64,000 nt of DNA from Phallusia mammillata (lineage: Eukaryota): the NCBI GenBank assembly GCA_965637545.1, contig OZ281497.1, positions 19,964,001 through 20,028,000 on the forward strand, read 5' to 3'. Position numbers and translations under genes: made by a program. The number at the start of each line of letters is the position of its first letter. The first letter of the stretch is position 1. Under the pieces are notes generated by a model. It was not told the DNA's origin and made no database searches. It worked only from the letters and a program-made list of their open reading frames with translations. Below, in pieces: positions 15,301-27,400 of this stretch.

Positions 15301-17618
15301 AACCATCCTACACAAACAAATAGCAAAACTTAAGCGACAATTCTAAGATCTTCAATGGGCCAATTGCCACCAGTTTAAGAGGAAACTCATCAAAGTGACT
15401 TCCAAGAGTCAAGTGGTAACACTTCAACATTCTTTCATGCTCTTACATTCTAACTCAGTTAATTTGTAGTTATCGAAAAGTGCAAATGGCACAAAGTAAT
15501 GAAACCAATTGAATAGTGATACAACGTTGGTATCACTGTTAATAAATATAAAAGTTACACAATTTGTAGACAATAATATTATTTTGTTAAAATTATATAA
15601 AAAACTTGGTTTAGAACATCTATATATGTCGTTTTTGATAGAAACTTAGAACACAAGAAATTTAATGTAGTTCAGCCTTTTCCTTTTTACATATTCATAT
15701 GCATCTTTACAATGTACCTTATTCTTTGCATGAACATCAGCATGGTAGTCAATCAGAGAAATGCACAAGTCACTGCTGGGAATGCTGGCAGCAAGATGGA
15801 GGGCAGTGTTGCCATTGATGTCCGATAAATTGACATCAGCATCTTTAAATCAAATGTTATGTTCAGGTCAAAGAAATTATAAAATGTATTTTGTGACAAA
15901 ACTGTGCTGTGTTGTACATATTACACAAGAAGGGGCTACTTGCTATTACACATAACTCTAACTGGAAAATATTCTTCTGAAAAACGTATACATATGTGTA
16001 CACTATGAAAACATATATATTCATGTTTCAAAAGCAGGTGAGCATGTGTTTAAATTTAATTGAAATTGAAATGAAGAATTAAGATATAGTTTAGCATCAC
16101 TTTACAATCGCTATTCTGTTCCCATTTGCTTTTCTTAAAGAAGGAATAAAAATTGTGTTTCTAAAAATCTTGCTATACAAGACAGATAGGTTCAGTTTTG
16201 TAAACGTAGAATGCCATCAAAAAAAGATTATGGAAACCAATTTATTTTTATAGTATATATGTGATCCTATCTTGTTTGTCATTTTGTTTTTTCCTGAGAT
16301 ATTTTGAACATATAAATCTAGTTAGAAAAAAGTGAAAACAAAGTTTGGCAAGATCAAAGAAGCAGACAGATAAAGTTTTCATTTATTTAAAGCACTGTGT
16401 TCATTGTAACATACCCAGGATAAACGTGAAATATAAAGGGATAAAAAACACTCCATCTTAAAAATAATGTGTTGGGTATTATTAGTGATGGGACGATACC
16501 AGGTTTTGAAGCGAGTACCGATACCGAGTACGAGTACCACATGTATATACCTTCGATACCGAGTACCAAGTACTTAAGTACAGTGTTGTACTTAGTTGTA
16601 TATCACCTGCTAATTTATCTGCCATGGCCGGCATACAGGCGTGCACACACACATGCAGAAAAAAGTAATCTCCATAAGATAGCAAAAAAATACGTAACCT
16701 GGCGGAACTTTTTCCCAAATTTGTACTGTCCGAGGCACAAAGTTTCCAGTGTTCTTATAGTGTAAATCGGCCTTCGGTACTCGCACGTTGGTATCGAAAA
16801 CTGAGACAAAATATTTCGATACCGAGTACGAGTATCGATACCACTGAAATCGTTCGATACCATCGATACCGAGTACCGGGTACCCGTCCCATCACTAGGT
16901 ATTATTGTTCCTACCTTTCTGTAGGAGAACATTCATGCAGTTGTAAAATTGACACTGAACTAAAATCATGAGTGGGGAGCGTTTGTCATTGTCACACAGA
17001 TTAAGGTTGCAACCATGTTGACCAGCAAGCATGATGATTGCATCTATCTTTCCATTGCTACAAGCAAGATGAAGCGGTGTCCTACATGCATAAAGTAACA
17101 AATACATCATTTTAAATCCTATTGTGATACTTTTTTTAAGAGCTGTAGGTGGGCCAAGCTAAAAAATGCAATCTTGAAACCAAAATTGTGGCCAAAAACC
17201 AAAAGTGCCCGTCTGGAATCATTAATTAGGGCCAAAACCTAAAATTGTAAGTCTGAAACTCAGCCTAAACCAGATCCCAATGGTAGATTTATCAACATAA
17301 AATTCTGAAAAAAACGTAAAGCCGAATGAAGCCTCTTATGTTCATACGTTTTGAACTGCATTGAAAAGTACAACTAAACTAACAGCACTGCTTCTTTTAA
17401 CAAATCAGTTTTACTTGCCTGTTTTCTTTGTCAAGCTGATTAACATCTCCTTTTTTGAGAAGAGATTTCAACTTTGATAAATCTCCTGTGAAAGCAGCTT
17501 TGTGGAGTTTGGTTAATTCCTTTTTAGTTTGAATGTTGTAGCCAGATTCTGATTTGCCACCGCTCGCTAAACTTCCAGTTTCCGAGGCGGATTTCTTCTT
17601 TTTGAAAAACCTCTTCAT
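313..17618 (-). CDS. ANKRD26: ANKRD26/CCDC144-like ankyrin-repeat and coiled-coil protein; multi-exon, 3' end runs off the left edge
   Basis: ATG 17618 (MKRFFKKKK...TKLHKAAFTGDLSKLKSLLKKGDVNQLDKENR) splices to 17081-16915 (TPLHLACSNG..DNDKRSPLM). Further ankyrin exons lie near 15842-15718, 15.3 kb and 14.1 kb, then 13749-13556. Acidic S(P)WDSE motifs recur at 13.1, 12.6, 12.0 and 10.35 kb. An E/K/R-rich exon at 9256-9824 is followed by many coiled-coil exons down to 477-313, whose donor points out of the window. Junctions checked by hand are in phase. Confidence 0.85.
3094..3261. mobile_element. Tc1/mariner-pogo-like MITE (168 bp)
   Basis: Imperfect TIRs CAGTAAGCCTTGGTTAA / CAGTAAACCTCGGTTAA; TA on the left flank only. 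Confidence 0.55.
4485..4693. repeat. Old degenerate MITE-like family (other copies ~17140-17280, ~22860-23077, ~37765-37951, ~49361-49517)
   Basis: Shared terminus variants CCGCTTACAACTCTG / CAGACTTGTAAGCG and GGGCC/CGGGC motifs; no TSD recoverable. Confidence 0.45.
7005..7323. mobile_element. hAT MITE (319 bp)
   Basis: TIR CAGGGGTGGGCAACC at both ends; perfect 8-bp TSD GTTTAACT; GCGGCCC subterminal motifs. Confidence 0.9.
16483..16897. mobile_element. hAT (Ac/Tip100-like) MITE (415 bp)
   Basis: TIR TAGTGATGGGACG at both ends; perfect 8-bp TSD GGTATTAT; repeated (C)GATACCGAGTAC subterminal motifs. Confidence 0.9.
17082..17418 (-). other. GC-AG intron (first coding intron of the ANKRD26-like gene)
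   Basis: AG|GCAAGT at 17419/17418 is the donor that gives DKENR-TPLHLAC in frame with the phase-2 acceptor at 17081. Confidence 0.8.
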
Positions 17619-18255
17619 TTTGACATCGACAATATACAAGAATTATAAAGATACGGTTACAAGCAACACACTACTTCTAAAATCAAATAGAACCTGAAAA
17701 AAGGAAACTGTAAAAAATTGCTGGTGATATTTGATGATTAAGTAACATAACAAACAAATTTCAATTGAATTATAGTGATTACAGCCGTGTAACCAAAACG
17801 ATCCTACAAAATTGCAGGGTAAAATCATAAACTAACAAATACAATTTAAAAATAATTTATGCAACCTTATATCATATTAACTGTGGTATGTCTTAAAAAC
17901 ATGATTAGCTTTTTAAATTATTGATAACACTGCTACATAATTAGGCAAATTTGACCTATCGCAGGAAGCAACATTTAATACATTAAATCTTTATCTCTAG
18001 GATTTAACATGTTAGAAACAAATATGGTACCCCATAGGTTCTAAAATCAAAATGTTGGGTTTACAATCATGCATCTGTAAATATACATTCAAAAGATTTG
18101 CTTACACAAGCTGTGATTCCCTAATATCTTGATTTTTTTGTTTTTTAACAAACACATAAAAATAGCTACTTTAGATTGGTGATTATACATTGAGCAACAA
18201 AGCACAATGAGTGTCAAAAGTCACCAATTCAGGAATGAAAGAAGGCAATCTAAAC

Positions 18256-18750
18256 CAGGGGTTCCCAACCTGCGGTACGCAAACCACTAGTGGTGCGCGA
18301 AGGTTTTTCAGGTGGTACGCAAGTAGCTTCCGTATTTTTTCTCACAAAGACCTACACAAGGAATGTTCTAATAAACTACAGGCTCAGTATGGCCTCTTCA
18401 TATTCAATGCTAGCTTCCCGTGCTGTTCCACAGCTACTGATTTTCCCTTCCACGTGGGAATGCGAGCAGGGATTTTCAGTCATGATAAACATTAAATCAA
18501 AAAATCGAAACCGACTGGGCGCGCCCGGAAATGACTTTCGGTGCGCTGTTGGCAAATAAACACCGCACATCGACTAATTAGTGGACAGTAAACAAAAATC
18601 TCATGAAATTTAGTTGTGGTGCTTTAGTGTTATTTTAGTAGGCCAATATTAAAATATGATTCGTTTATAAGTCGTTCTGCAAGAAGTGGTACATGTGGCA
18701 GTACCGAGCGTCCAAGTGGTGCGAGATCGTAAAAAGGTTGGGAACCCCTG
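18256..18750 (+). mobile_element. Internally deleted hAT (Charlie/Buster-type) element retaining the transposase C-terminus (495 bp)
   Basis: TIR CAGGGGTTCCCAACC; TSD ATCTAAAC/GTCTAAAC; encodes LLIFPSTWECEQGFSVMINIKSKNRNRL...DFRCAV (hAT dimerization domain), then stops. Confidence 0.85.
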
Positions 18751-21487
18751 GTCTAAACAAAGCACACTGGAAGCAAAATTGAAACACAAGCAGTAGCAAA
18801 GGAGCAGCTGGATTTTTTTGATTTTTACAGGAGACATAAGGTCTCGATTTTTTCTCTGTTTCTTGAGGATCTTAAACAAAATATATTAAAAAAAAATGTA
18901 CAACAAGTCATAATCATTGACATTTCTGTGAACATTGACTGGTGGTCTAATCTAAACTAAAGCCAATGTTTATAAATTTTGTTGCAGAAAAAGGTAATTA
19001 ACACAAAGTAGTAATTACTACTAGGGACTTTGGTATCATGCATATTCAACACCACTTTCCAAACTACTGGCAGCTTTTTTCAAAGGGGAACTGTGGTGGA
19101 AAAAAATCTAAGAAATGTAAACAAACAAACCAACCTTAAATTAATATGGTTGGTCCAAAAAAAAATTACTGGAAAAACTTTGCATAGACAACACTAAGAA
19201 ATGCTTATCTGATATGCTACACTAAATACTGTAAGTAATAAAAAAGGAAAACAATCAACACAATAAAACTTCGTTGGACGTTTATCGACAAAACGTCTTA
19301 ACTAATTTAAAATACTTTATCTGCACTTCTGCATAGTACAAACATCGATCTTATTGCTCGACAACATGTTAAGAAGTTAAAGGAAACTTCCTAAAGACTG
19401 CAGCTCACAAAATCCACAAAACAAACATAAGAGACGCCCACTGTCCACTTCAAACCATTTCAAGAATTTAAATGACTCTCAGAAGAAAACTATTTTAAAA
19501 TCCTCTACCAGAGAATATTTAGAAAAAATATAAACAACTTTTGAGCATAATTATTGATTATCACGACATAAAAAAATAATACTAAATTTTTATGCAATTA
19601 ATTTAAATACCTATTTGTTCTAATTTTAAAAGATAACGATTTCATACACCAAAAAACACTCCACTAGTTTGGATTATCTGAAAAGAACGTTTGGTCCAAA
19701 AGGGGAATTACCCCATAAGCCTTTCGCAGTTCACAAAATATGCTGGTGAAAGTTTGTTCGTCTGGAAACAAAGACAATTGTCTCATTTTAGTGAAACTAC
19801 TGTCAGACAAAAACAAAACTCATCATGAGAATTTGCGCATGTTCCGCTTTGTTTTCATATAAAATCGTCTTGCGTCTGACCTGGGCTGCTGGACAAAAAT
19901 ATAGGCTATCATTGGCGCAACAATAACCTGTGACTTCCAACTTGCATGAAATCTTTGTAGGCTACCATGAGCACTTTGTTGTTTGTTCGAAAATCCGTTT
20001 TAATACTGAAAGTAGACGAAGCCAGCAGAAAACGTCAACAGTCAACATTTCCGACAGCGAACAATAGGAGAGTCGTAAATTTACGAAAACACAGTTTACA
20101 CAAAGACTGGACAAGTTCACTTGACAAAAACTTGGGACATCGAACCATTGGAAGTAAGAAAAGTGACAAAAATCCATTGTTTTGCACCGACGACATAAGC
20201 CTTTAGTAGGCTATATGTTTGTTAGGGATGAAATCATTTAAAAATCACACATAGAATGTTGGTTTACCATTAAAATATAATCGGAACTTATTGAATACCA
20301 AGATAGTGTTTTAAAAATTAAAAAGGCACCGTGTATGGAGTTGTCTTTTTCCAAGTGTCGGCTATTGCATGAAAACATAGTTAACCAGCTTATTTGCATA
20401 AAACAACGGGCACAAAGCAAGACAACGAAGAGCATAGAACAAACACAAAGAAGACAACACGACAAAAGTACAAGAAAGAATTCGCAGCAAATCGCGCAAA
20501 TGTTTGGTGATTTTGAACATAGCGATTTAATCTGTAACATAAAATCACCGTAAAAAGACACGTTTATTTAGGCGACAAAGGTTTAAACTTCTTCCAGATC
20601 TAACCGTGCGCCATGCTTGGACCATGTGCCGTAGAAAAACTCAATTTGTTTGAAAATTATGTAGAAGCGCAACGAAAAACAGAAAATGTTCCTATTGTAT
20701 GGGTGAAAATGTCAATTGACTTAATAAAGTAAAAGGTTGTTTAGGAAGACAACCCAGAAACGACGTTTTTGATTGCGAAACCCGTTGAAGTGCCACAGTG
20801 CAGGCCATGATGAGTTTAAAAGTGAAAAATTACTTGTACAAAATTGCAGTAACGTGCACATTACAATGGAATAAGTGACCTCAAGTCGCGCCAAAGGCTG
20901 TCAGTTCATTTTCAACTCAAAATAAACCCCTGGTACGGATCAACGTGCAAATTCTGAGATGAACATAGAGGAGTAAGAAAAGATCATAACATTAGCCGTT
21001 GCTTAACAAAAATAAAACCAGGTAACTTAGAGGATCGTTTTCAAATGGTATGCGTTTGAGCATAGCTTGCAGACCTATACTAGAAACGGCAAAAGTTTTT
21101 TTAATAGCGCTATTCGACCTATACTGACCTACGAAACATCGAGCGCACAACACTCATGTGCAGAAGAATTCAACTAAAAAAGGGTCCGACAAAGTGCAGC
21201 GCATCGTAACGTGCATTAAACTGCACAGACACAAAAAGCATTTGCCAAGAAAATGCTCCGTAGCGAACCCTAGCGGCTAAAAGAGATGAACAGGATGCAT
21301 TCAAAATAAATTTGACATAAATCAGGGCGCCCACGTTGCAATTTCGGCATGTAGCAACACGAAACGTTGTAAACAAATGCTTTTGACGCGCAAACAAAAC
21401 AGGCGGCGACGCAAAAAAAGAAACATTAACAAAGCACATGTATAGTATAGTTATTGAATTTCATTGGCATTACGAAAAGTTAATGCA

Positions 21488-24400
21488 TCAGTGCGACCCC
21501 GAGAACGACGGCCCGGCTGCGAGAGTAATTGACGGTTGCTCGTTTATTTCATCCAACGATTCAACGACGGCTTTGCAGTAGAAGCACTCTTTGCTGGTCA
21601 TCATTTGTTGTTTAATGCACGTTCTGCAGCGAAGAGCATAAATTACAGTTTTTTCTTTGAAGATATTTTAGAAAACTTTACCCCAAAGGCAGCATTATTT
21701 CAACGCCACTTCCGCTTCCAATAAGGTTTCAAATAATTGTTTGTTGAGTTAGGCTATACACAAATAAAGCAAACCGGGCGTGAAGGATAAAACGTATATG
21801 AAAAGCGTTTCTATAAATTACAGAATCTTTCGTTAATTAAAAAAATCGGAAATAGTAGTTCATGTCCATATTAGATTTACAAAAAATGCGATTGTCAATG
21901 ATCATGTTGCCTGTTGGATATCTAATTGCGAACACTTACAAAAAGGTAGAAGTTCATAAAACTACTGTTGTGCTGTAAGACAGACCCACTTTAAAAACCA
22001 CTGTTCTAAAAAGTTAAAATGTATCTATAAGCACTCACTTGCAGGATGTGTGTTGACAGGGATTAAACACAACTGAGACAAGGTTAGCGTAGCAGATCGT
22101 ACACAGGTTGTCTTCGTCCATTGGCTCCTGCAAATCACGGGACGTTTAAGGAAGCCGCATCCATTACAGGTAAATGCATCCCAGCAACTAAAGCCTAGTC
22201 TATAAGTACTGTTGGTCGCGGTACACGCCACGTTAAATAAGTTTGCTGTTTTGGGCAACAGGAAATTCATAGTGCAACATTATCGAGTGAAGGGTACCAC
22301 ATCAAATGTGTATTTGTAATAGTTTTGAGTGTACAGACAAGTTATTTTCGCGCTAGTATGACTTTATCGTAACAATGGCCTGTGGTGCCAGATTGCGCCA
22401 AATCACTTACAAACCAACGGAGAAGAAAGTGCTCAGAAAATGTAAAAACAAAACAAATGTTTGACATTCAAAGCAAAGGGGTAATGAGTAAAGGTTAGTT
22501 GGTTGGTAAACATAGTTAAAAGCCAACTTACCTCAACGGTGGTCACTGCGTTCTTTTTCTCTCGGCGTAAAAAGCGTATGGCGTCACGGAGCAAGTTGAT
22601 TTCGTCATCCATCACTTCTTCGTCTGAAACAATGCATTTTCACGTTAAAACAGTAAGTGCTATTTGCACACGGAATAATATCTTTGTTAAGTTACAAAAA
22701 TATACTTTATTAAAAGTTAACAAACAAGACGAGCTTATTGAGAGCGAGACACTTAAACACGGTCTTTGTTCTATGGGTTAGTGGTTTATGCTCTGATGAT
22801 TCGGAATATAGGTAACTGCAGTTATAAATTGCGTGTTCAAAGCAGTTCACCACTACGTTAAATGTTGTAAGACGGGCCTTTTCGGTTGGTATTCCGGGTT
22901 CGAGTTTCAATAAAATTTGGGCCTGTCTTCACACTGGGAGTCATTTTACCTATTAGCACCAAGTTTCTGGCCTAATTCCAGCTTTGATTAAAAACCTGGT
23001 TTGGGTGGCGTAAGGGGTTTGTACTTTAGGGTTTGGGCCGGACTCGGGCAACATTTTCAGGCCGGCTTACACCTCTGGTTTGAAGGCTGATATTGCGTTT
23101 GTTACAACCTTCCTTTCTCACTGCTTGCTTTATGTTGTTATAATTAGCTTCAGCACAAACTTGAGTTTGTTGTGCAGTTGTGTGTTTAGTTTTTTTAACA
23201 AATCATTATTTACTTACATTCTTGTAGGGAGACAAATTTCTTTTCTTTTGATCTTGTGTAAGGGATGGTGACTCCTCTTGGCACCACGCAACTGTCATCC
23301 TTCTCTTCCTCCTGCATGTTGAGAAGGAAACCGACAGATTCCATGCTAAAGCTGGCATCAGCCAGAAGCTTTTTCACGGTACGATCAGCCCTGGTAAAAA
23401 ATACAAGTTTAGTGCACAAGGTTTCAGTGTTGTTGGACTTTCAATTTCAAACGGCTACTCTAGTTTGTGTTGTCGTGACCAAAAAGAGTAAACAAATCAA
23501 GTGAAATTGTACAGTGCAACAATCCATTGTTAACCAAAGAGTTTTTATAGAACGATCTGCTGACATGTTGTTTCGTGGGGCAAACCAAAGTAAGCACTAA
23601 AACAACAATAATAGGAGTCTAATATTTTACCTAAATCGTAACAAATACAAAATTTCACACTATAGACCTAAACCGTGCGAAAATTAAATATTATGGAAAA
23701 GGCACGCCGTCTACTTTTCAAACTTCTATCGAAAACAACAGCTAAACGACTGCATGGGCAATAAATAATTAAATTCGGACATGAAACGCGACGCATATAA
23801 TTCCCCGGCTCAGATCATTTGTAACAAAAAATGAACTCTGAAAAAAAAAGTATTTTTAGACCTAAAATATAAAGAGTTATTATTGTTTGAAGCAAAAAAG
23901 TTCAAAATTCAGTATTATTATTAAAAGATACAAGTCATAGGAATTGGAAAACACTAGAAGCTTCTGGAAGCATTCTACATGAACGTAACCAAACTACCGT
24001 CAACACCTGCTGCGAGAGTTACTTATTTCAGTGTGATGTTACACTTCATGACTTCAAAAAGTCAGCGCGTGCTGGGGATCACGCAAAACTAAAAGTCACC
24101 GACCAAGCATCTCAAAATGCCGCAAAACAAATAACCTCAATCGAGAAACGCACAAAGTACTAAGGCTGGATATTTTAAGCTGCATCAAGACTTCTTTACG
24201 TGTGGAACATTGTACGGCTGGCCGGTGTGAGCAGCATGGATTTCCGTGTTAATTGGGCTTATGATTGGCGTTGTTACCACTTATTTTGACGTGCTAGGCA
24301 TGCAGGCATTAAAATTTGATGGAGGGACGTTTCTCATGCATCGCGCAGACGGTTCGCATTTTTGTGAGATAAAGCTAGGGTAGTTGACTGGCTTCGTATG

Positions 24401-27400
24401 TATTGGAATTGCAGCAGATATAGGTATGTCGCGGTGTACATAAAAAACGCAAACTTGAAAAGCAGTTTGTTTTCTTTTTTGTGGCTGATTTTGGTAGACG
24501 TTAAAATGGCTGCAGGGTAGTGTGTGGTTGGAAATAAAATCTGAAGTCTCAACCGCACTTGACTGCACCGTATTCGCATAATGCATACATTACAGGGTGC
24601 CTAGTTTCAAAGATAACAGTCACGAAGGCGCAAGGCAGTTATTAAAACTATAGATTTGCGTAAAACTGTGCCATGTATGTAGTTTGTTCAATATACAGGC
24701 AAATAACCAAATTACGTTTAAGCATGTAATTCACATAGTTTCATGGTAGTAATTTGTATACGACCACAGATTTAGCACTGTCGGTATTTGTACAAAAAGT
24801 TGTTTTTACATCTGCTATATAACTGTGTCAGACATTATCGGGTAGCTTTGACATGCAAGCAATCAACGAAAGGTGACAGGTGTGATGGATAGTGGAAGAA
24901 CTAAAGCAGGTAGCATAACTGTGAAGTCGACAAGCGCCAATAAATATTCATGGCAAATTGATCTGCGATGTCAGATAACTCGATGGTTCGTTACATTTTG
25001 ATCAGTTCTGATATTTGGCAGGCAGTGAGTCAAGGGGAAATGTGATACTCTATGATTTTGGCCAACTGGGTCGAAAATCAGACTATTTTTACGAGCAAAT
25101 ACACCAGTAGGCTTGTTTGTGCCCCCAAGAGGGTAGTTACCGTGACAGCACGTGATTTGAGCCTAATTATTGCGCGGTGGTACAGAAAATCTATAAAGAT
25201 AAGGGCCAATTGATGTTTTGCAGCGCTGCGAGGTTAACAAGCTAATTTACTTTCCACAGATGGAACTATAGGTAACTTACTATACGCTGCATGAGATGCA
25301 CATCTGATTGGATTAAGCACAGACAGAGTTAAAGAGCAAATGTCGACCACAATTGAAGCACCTCTTCGATTGTAAGTATAATGTGGATTTTTTTTACTTC
25401 TCATTGGCAGAATTTAAAACTAATTTATAACCAACGGCACTTTGGCATTATGCATCGAAGTGTAGCAAATAATAACCCAAATTACTCTTTTTGAAATGGC
25501 AAGTAAAAGGCAGAATTCAAACAGAAGTATATCAGGCCAATACAGAATTACTTCAAACTATTGATTTTTGCGACTTCCTCAGACGGCTGTGAAATAGAAT
25601 GTTTTGACTCTGTTACGTAAGACCTAAGCTGAGATATGAATTATGCCAGCTCGTCACTAATAAGTTATTTCACTGAACAGGGCCAATCTCACCGCAAACA
25701 CCAACTCATCATCACAAGTTCAAGGATTTCATCCTGGGTTCACGACTCTCATATCATGTGGCCTGCTCGTGGTCATTCTCGTGATTTACATGTGGTTCGA
25801 GCCCAAACTCACGAAGTGCTTCGCCAAAAAGGAACGTGTACAGTTCGACCCCGAACCTTCAACACATGAAAACCGAACAGTCGATCCGAAAAACCGAATG
25901 CGATACGTTTGGACAAGTCCAAGATGCGCGGAGCCGGCTTCGGCGCACAACAAACACGAGTTATGGACGCCTGATCGGGCATTAGTACGAGAAGGCGGTG
26001 CGGTGGTAAGAGTAAACGATTACACTTCGATAGTGGAGTCCCGCCACACAACCCCGCTTGTGTTAGTGACACCACCGGTTGGAGGAAATTAGTTCTGCAA
26101 ATTCCGACAACGCAGATATACGCAACGCCTGACGTTTGAACTTTTGAACAATAACAGCTCTTGTTTTTTTATGTATTTCTGTCGCAGTGAAGCCGAGGTA
26201 TTGTGTAAATGCTCAAAATAAACGTACTTTAGAGTGTTAGGAAACTGGGGTAAAAGCATGTTAAAAACTGTGCAAAGCGTCAGGTTGTTGATTGTAACGC
26301 TTGGCTTGGCGTAAAGTGAACCGTAAACGCAATTACACGGATCACTCGCTACACGAAGCGTATTCAGGAAATCACGAGATCAAAGATCGAAAGTTTTGCT
26401 CAAGGCAAAGTTGCTTGTTCGATACGATGATTCAGAAAAACTTGTACACAGAGAAAATAATTTCAAAGATTTAGGCATACACTGCCGAAAGTAGATAGTA
26501 ATATGTATAAGTAACCAAACACTCATGAAAGTAGCAACTAACATGCAGTTTGTTCGATTAGCAGTTACAGAACACTGCCTTGACAGTTTTACAGCCGAAA
26601 AAAGGCCATAAACCGTGTTCTCTTTCCATCAAGAGTTGATTGAAAATTTTGAACTTGGAATCTAATTGTTATCAGACTCCAGTGCACTGATCCAACAAAA
26701 CGAATTCATCACCAGTCACCGATGAAACCAACAACTTGAACACAAAAAAATATTAATGCGATAGAAAATGCAATACGGGCCAGAGTCTTACACAACGACA
26801 ATATTGCTACCTTCAACTGCATTTACGGTGTTTGACTAATTCAATTAGCCACGCGCAAGTGATTCTTGTACATAATTTATTACGACAATGTGAAAACAGC
26901 AATGTAGTAAGCTTGTTAATAATTTATGAGAATTAGAGTTCACCGGAAATACAGGCATAGTTGGGCTGGTTTCAATTAAATTACAATAACAAGTGCTGCA
27001 TTTCTTTCAGGTTAGCATGTGGGGTGAGAATTTCGGGCTAATTTTTGTTTCAAACATTTTGTACAGTTAAAAGACAATGAAACAGTAGGTGTTAACAGCT
27101 GTTTTTTTACTATGAACTTTGAAACTCTATATAGAAGTCAAATTGTAAACAATTGAAGACCCATGTATTTTGCAATTATTTGTAATACAGCGACCTTATA
27201 ACAAATTAAAGCAAACAGCAAAGAAAGATACAAATCAGCAAACTTGAGATGTTACGGACGATAAGAAATAACCAGGTTAAGTAGGAGATTAAGAAAGGGC
27301 ACAAAGAGTGCGAACTGCCATTGAAGCGCTGACCAAGAATCCTAACACAAATCCAACACCCCTTGACGGTTGAGGAAACGCACCAATGAAAGCGATCGAA

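Noticed and set aside
16469-16932. Overlapping ORFs with Y/T/R repeats
   Set aside because: They arise from the subterminal repeats of the hAT MITE.
21488-23390. Apparent small stand-alone RING gene
   Set aside because: These four exons are the phase-compatible C-terminus of RNF123 (SLQEY, LCTICY, KECFYCK motifs).
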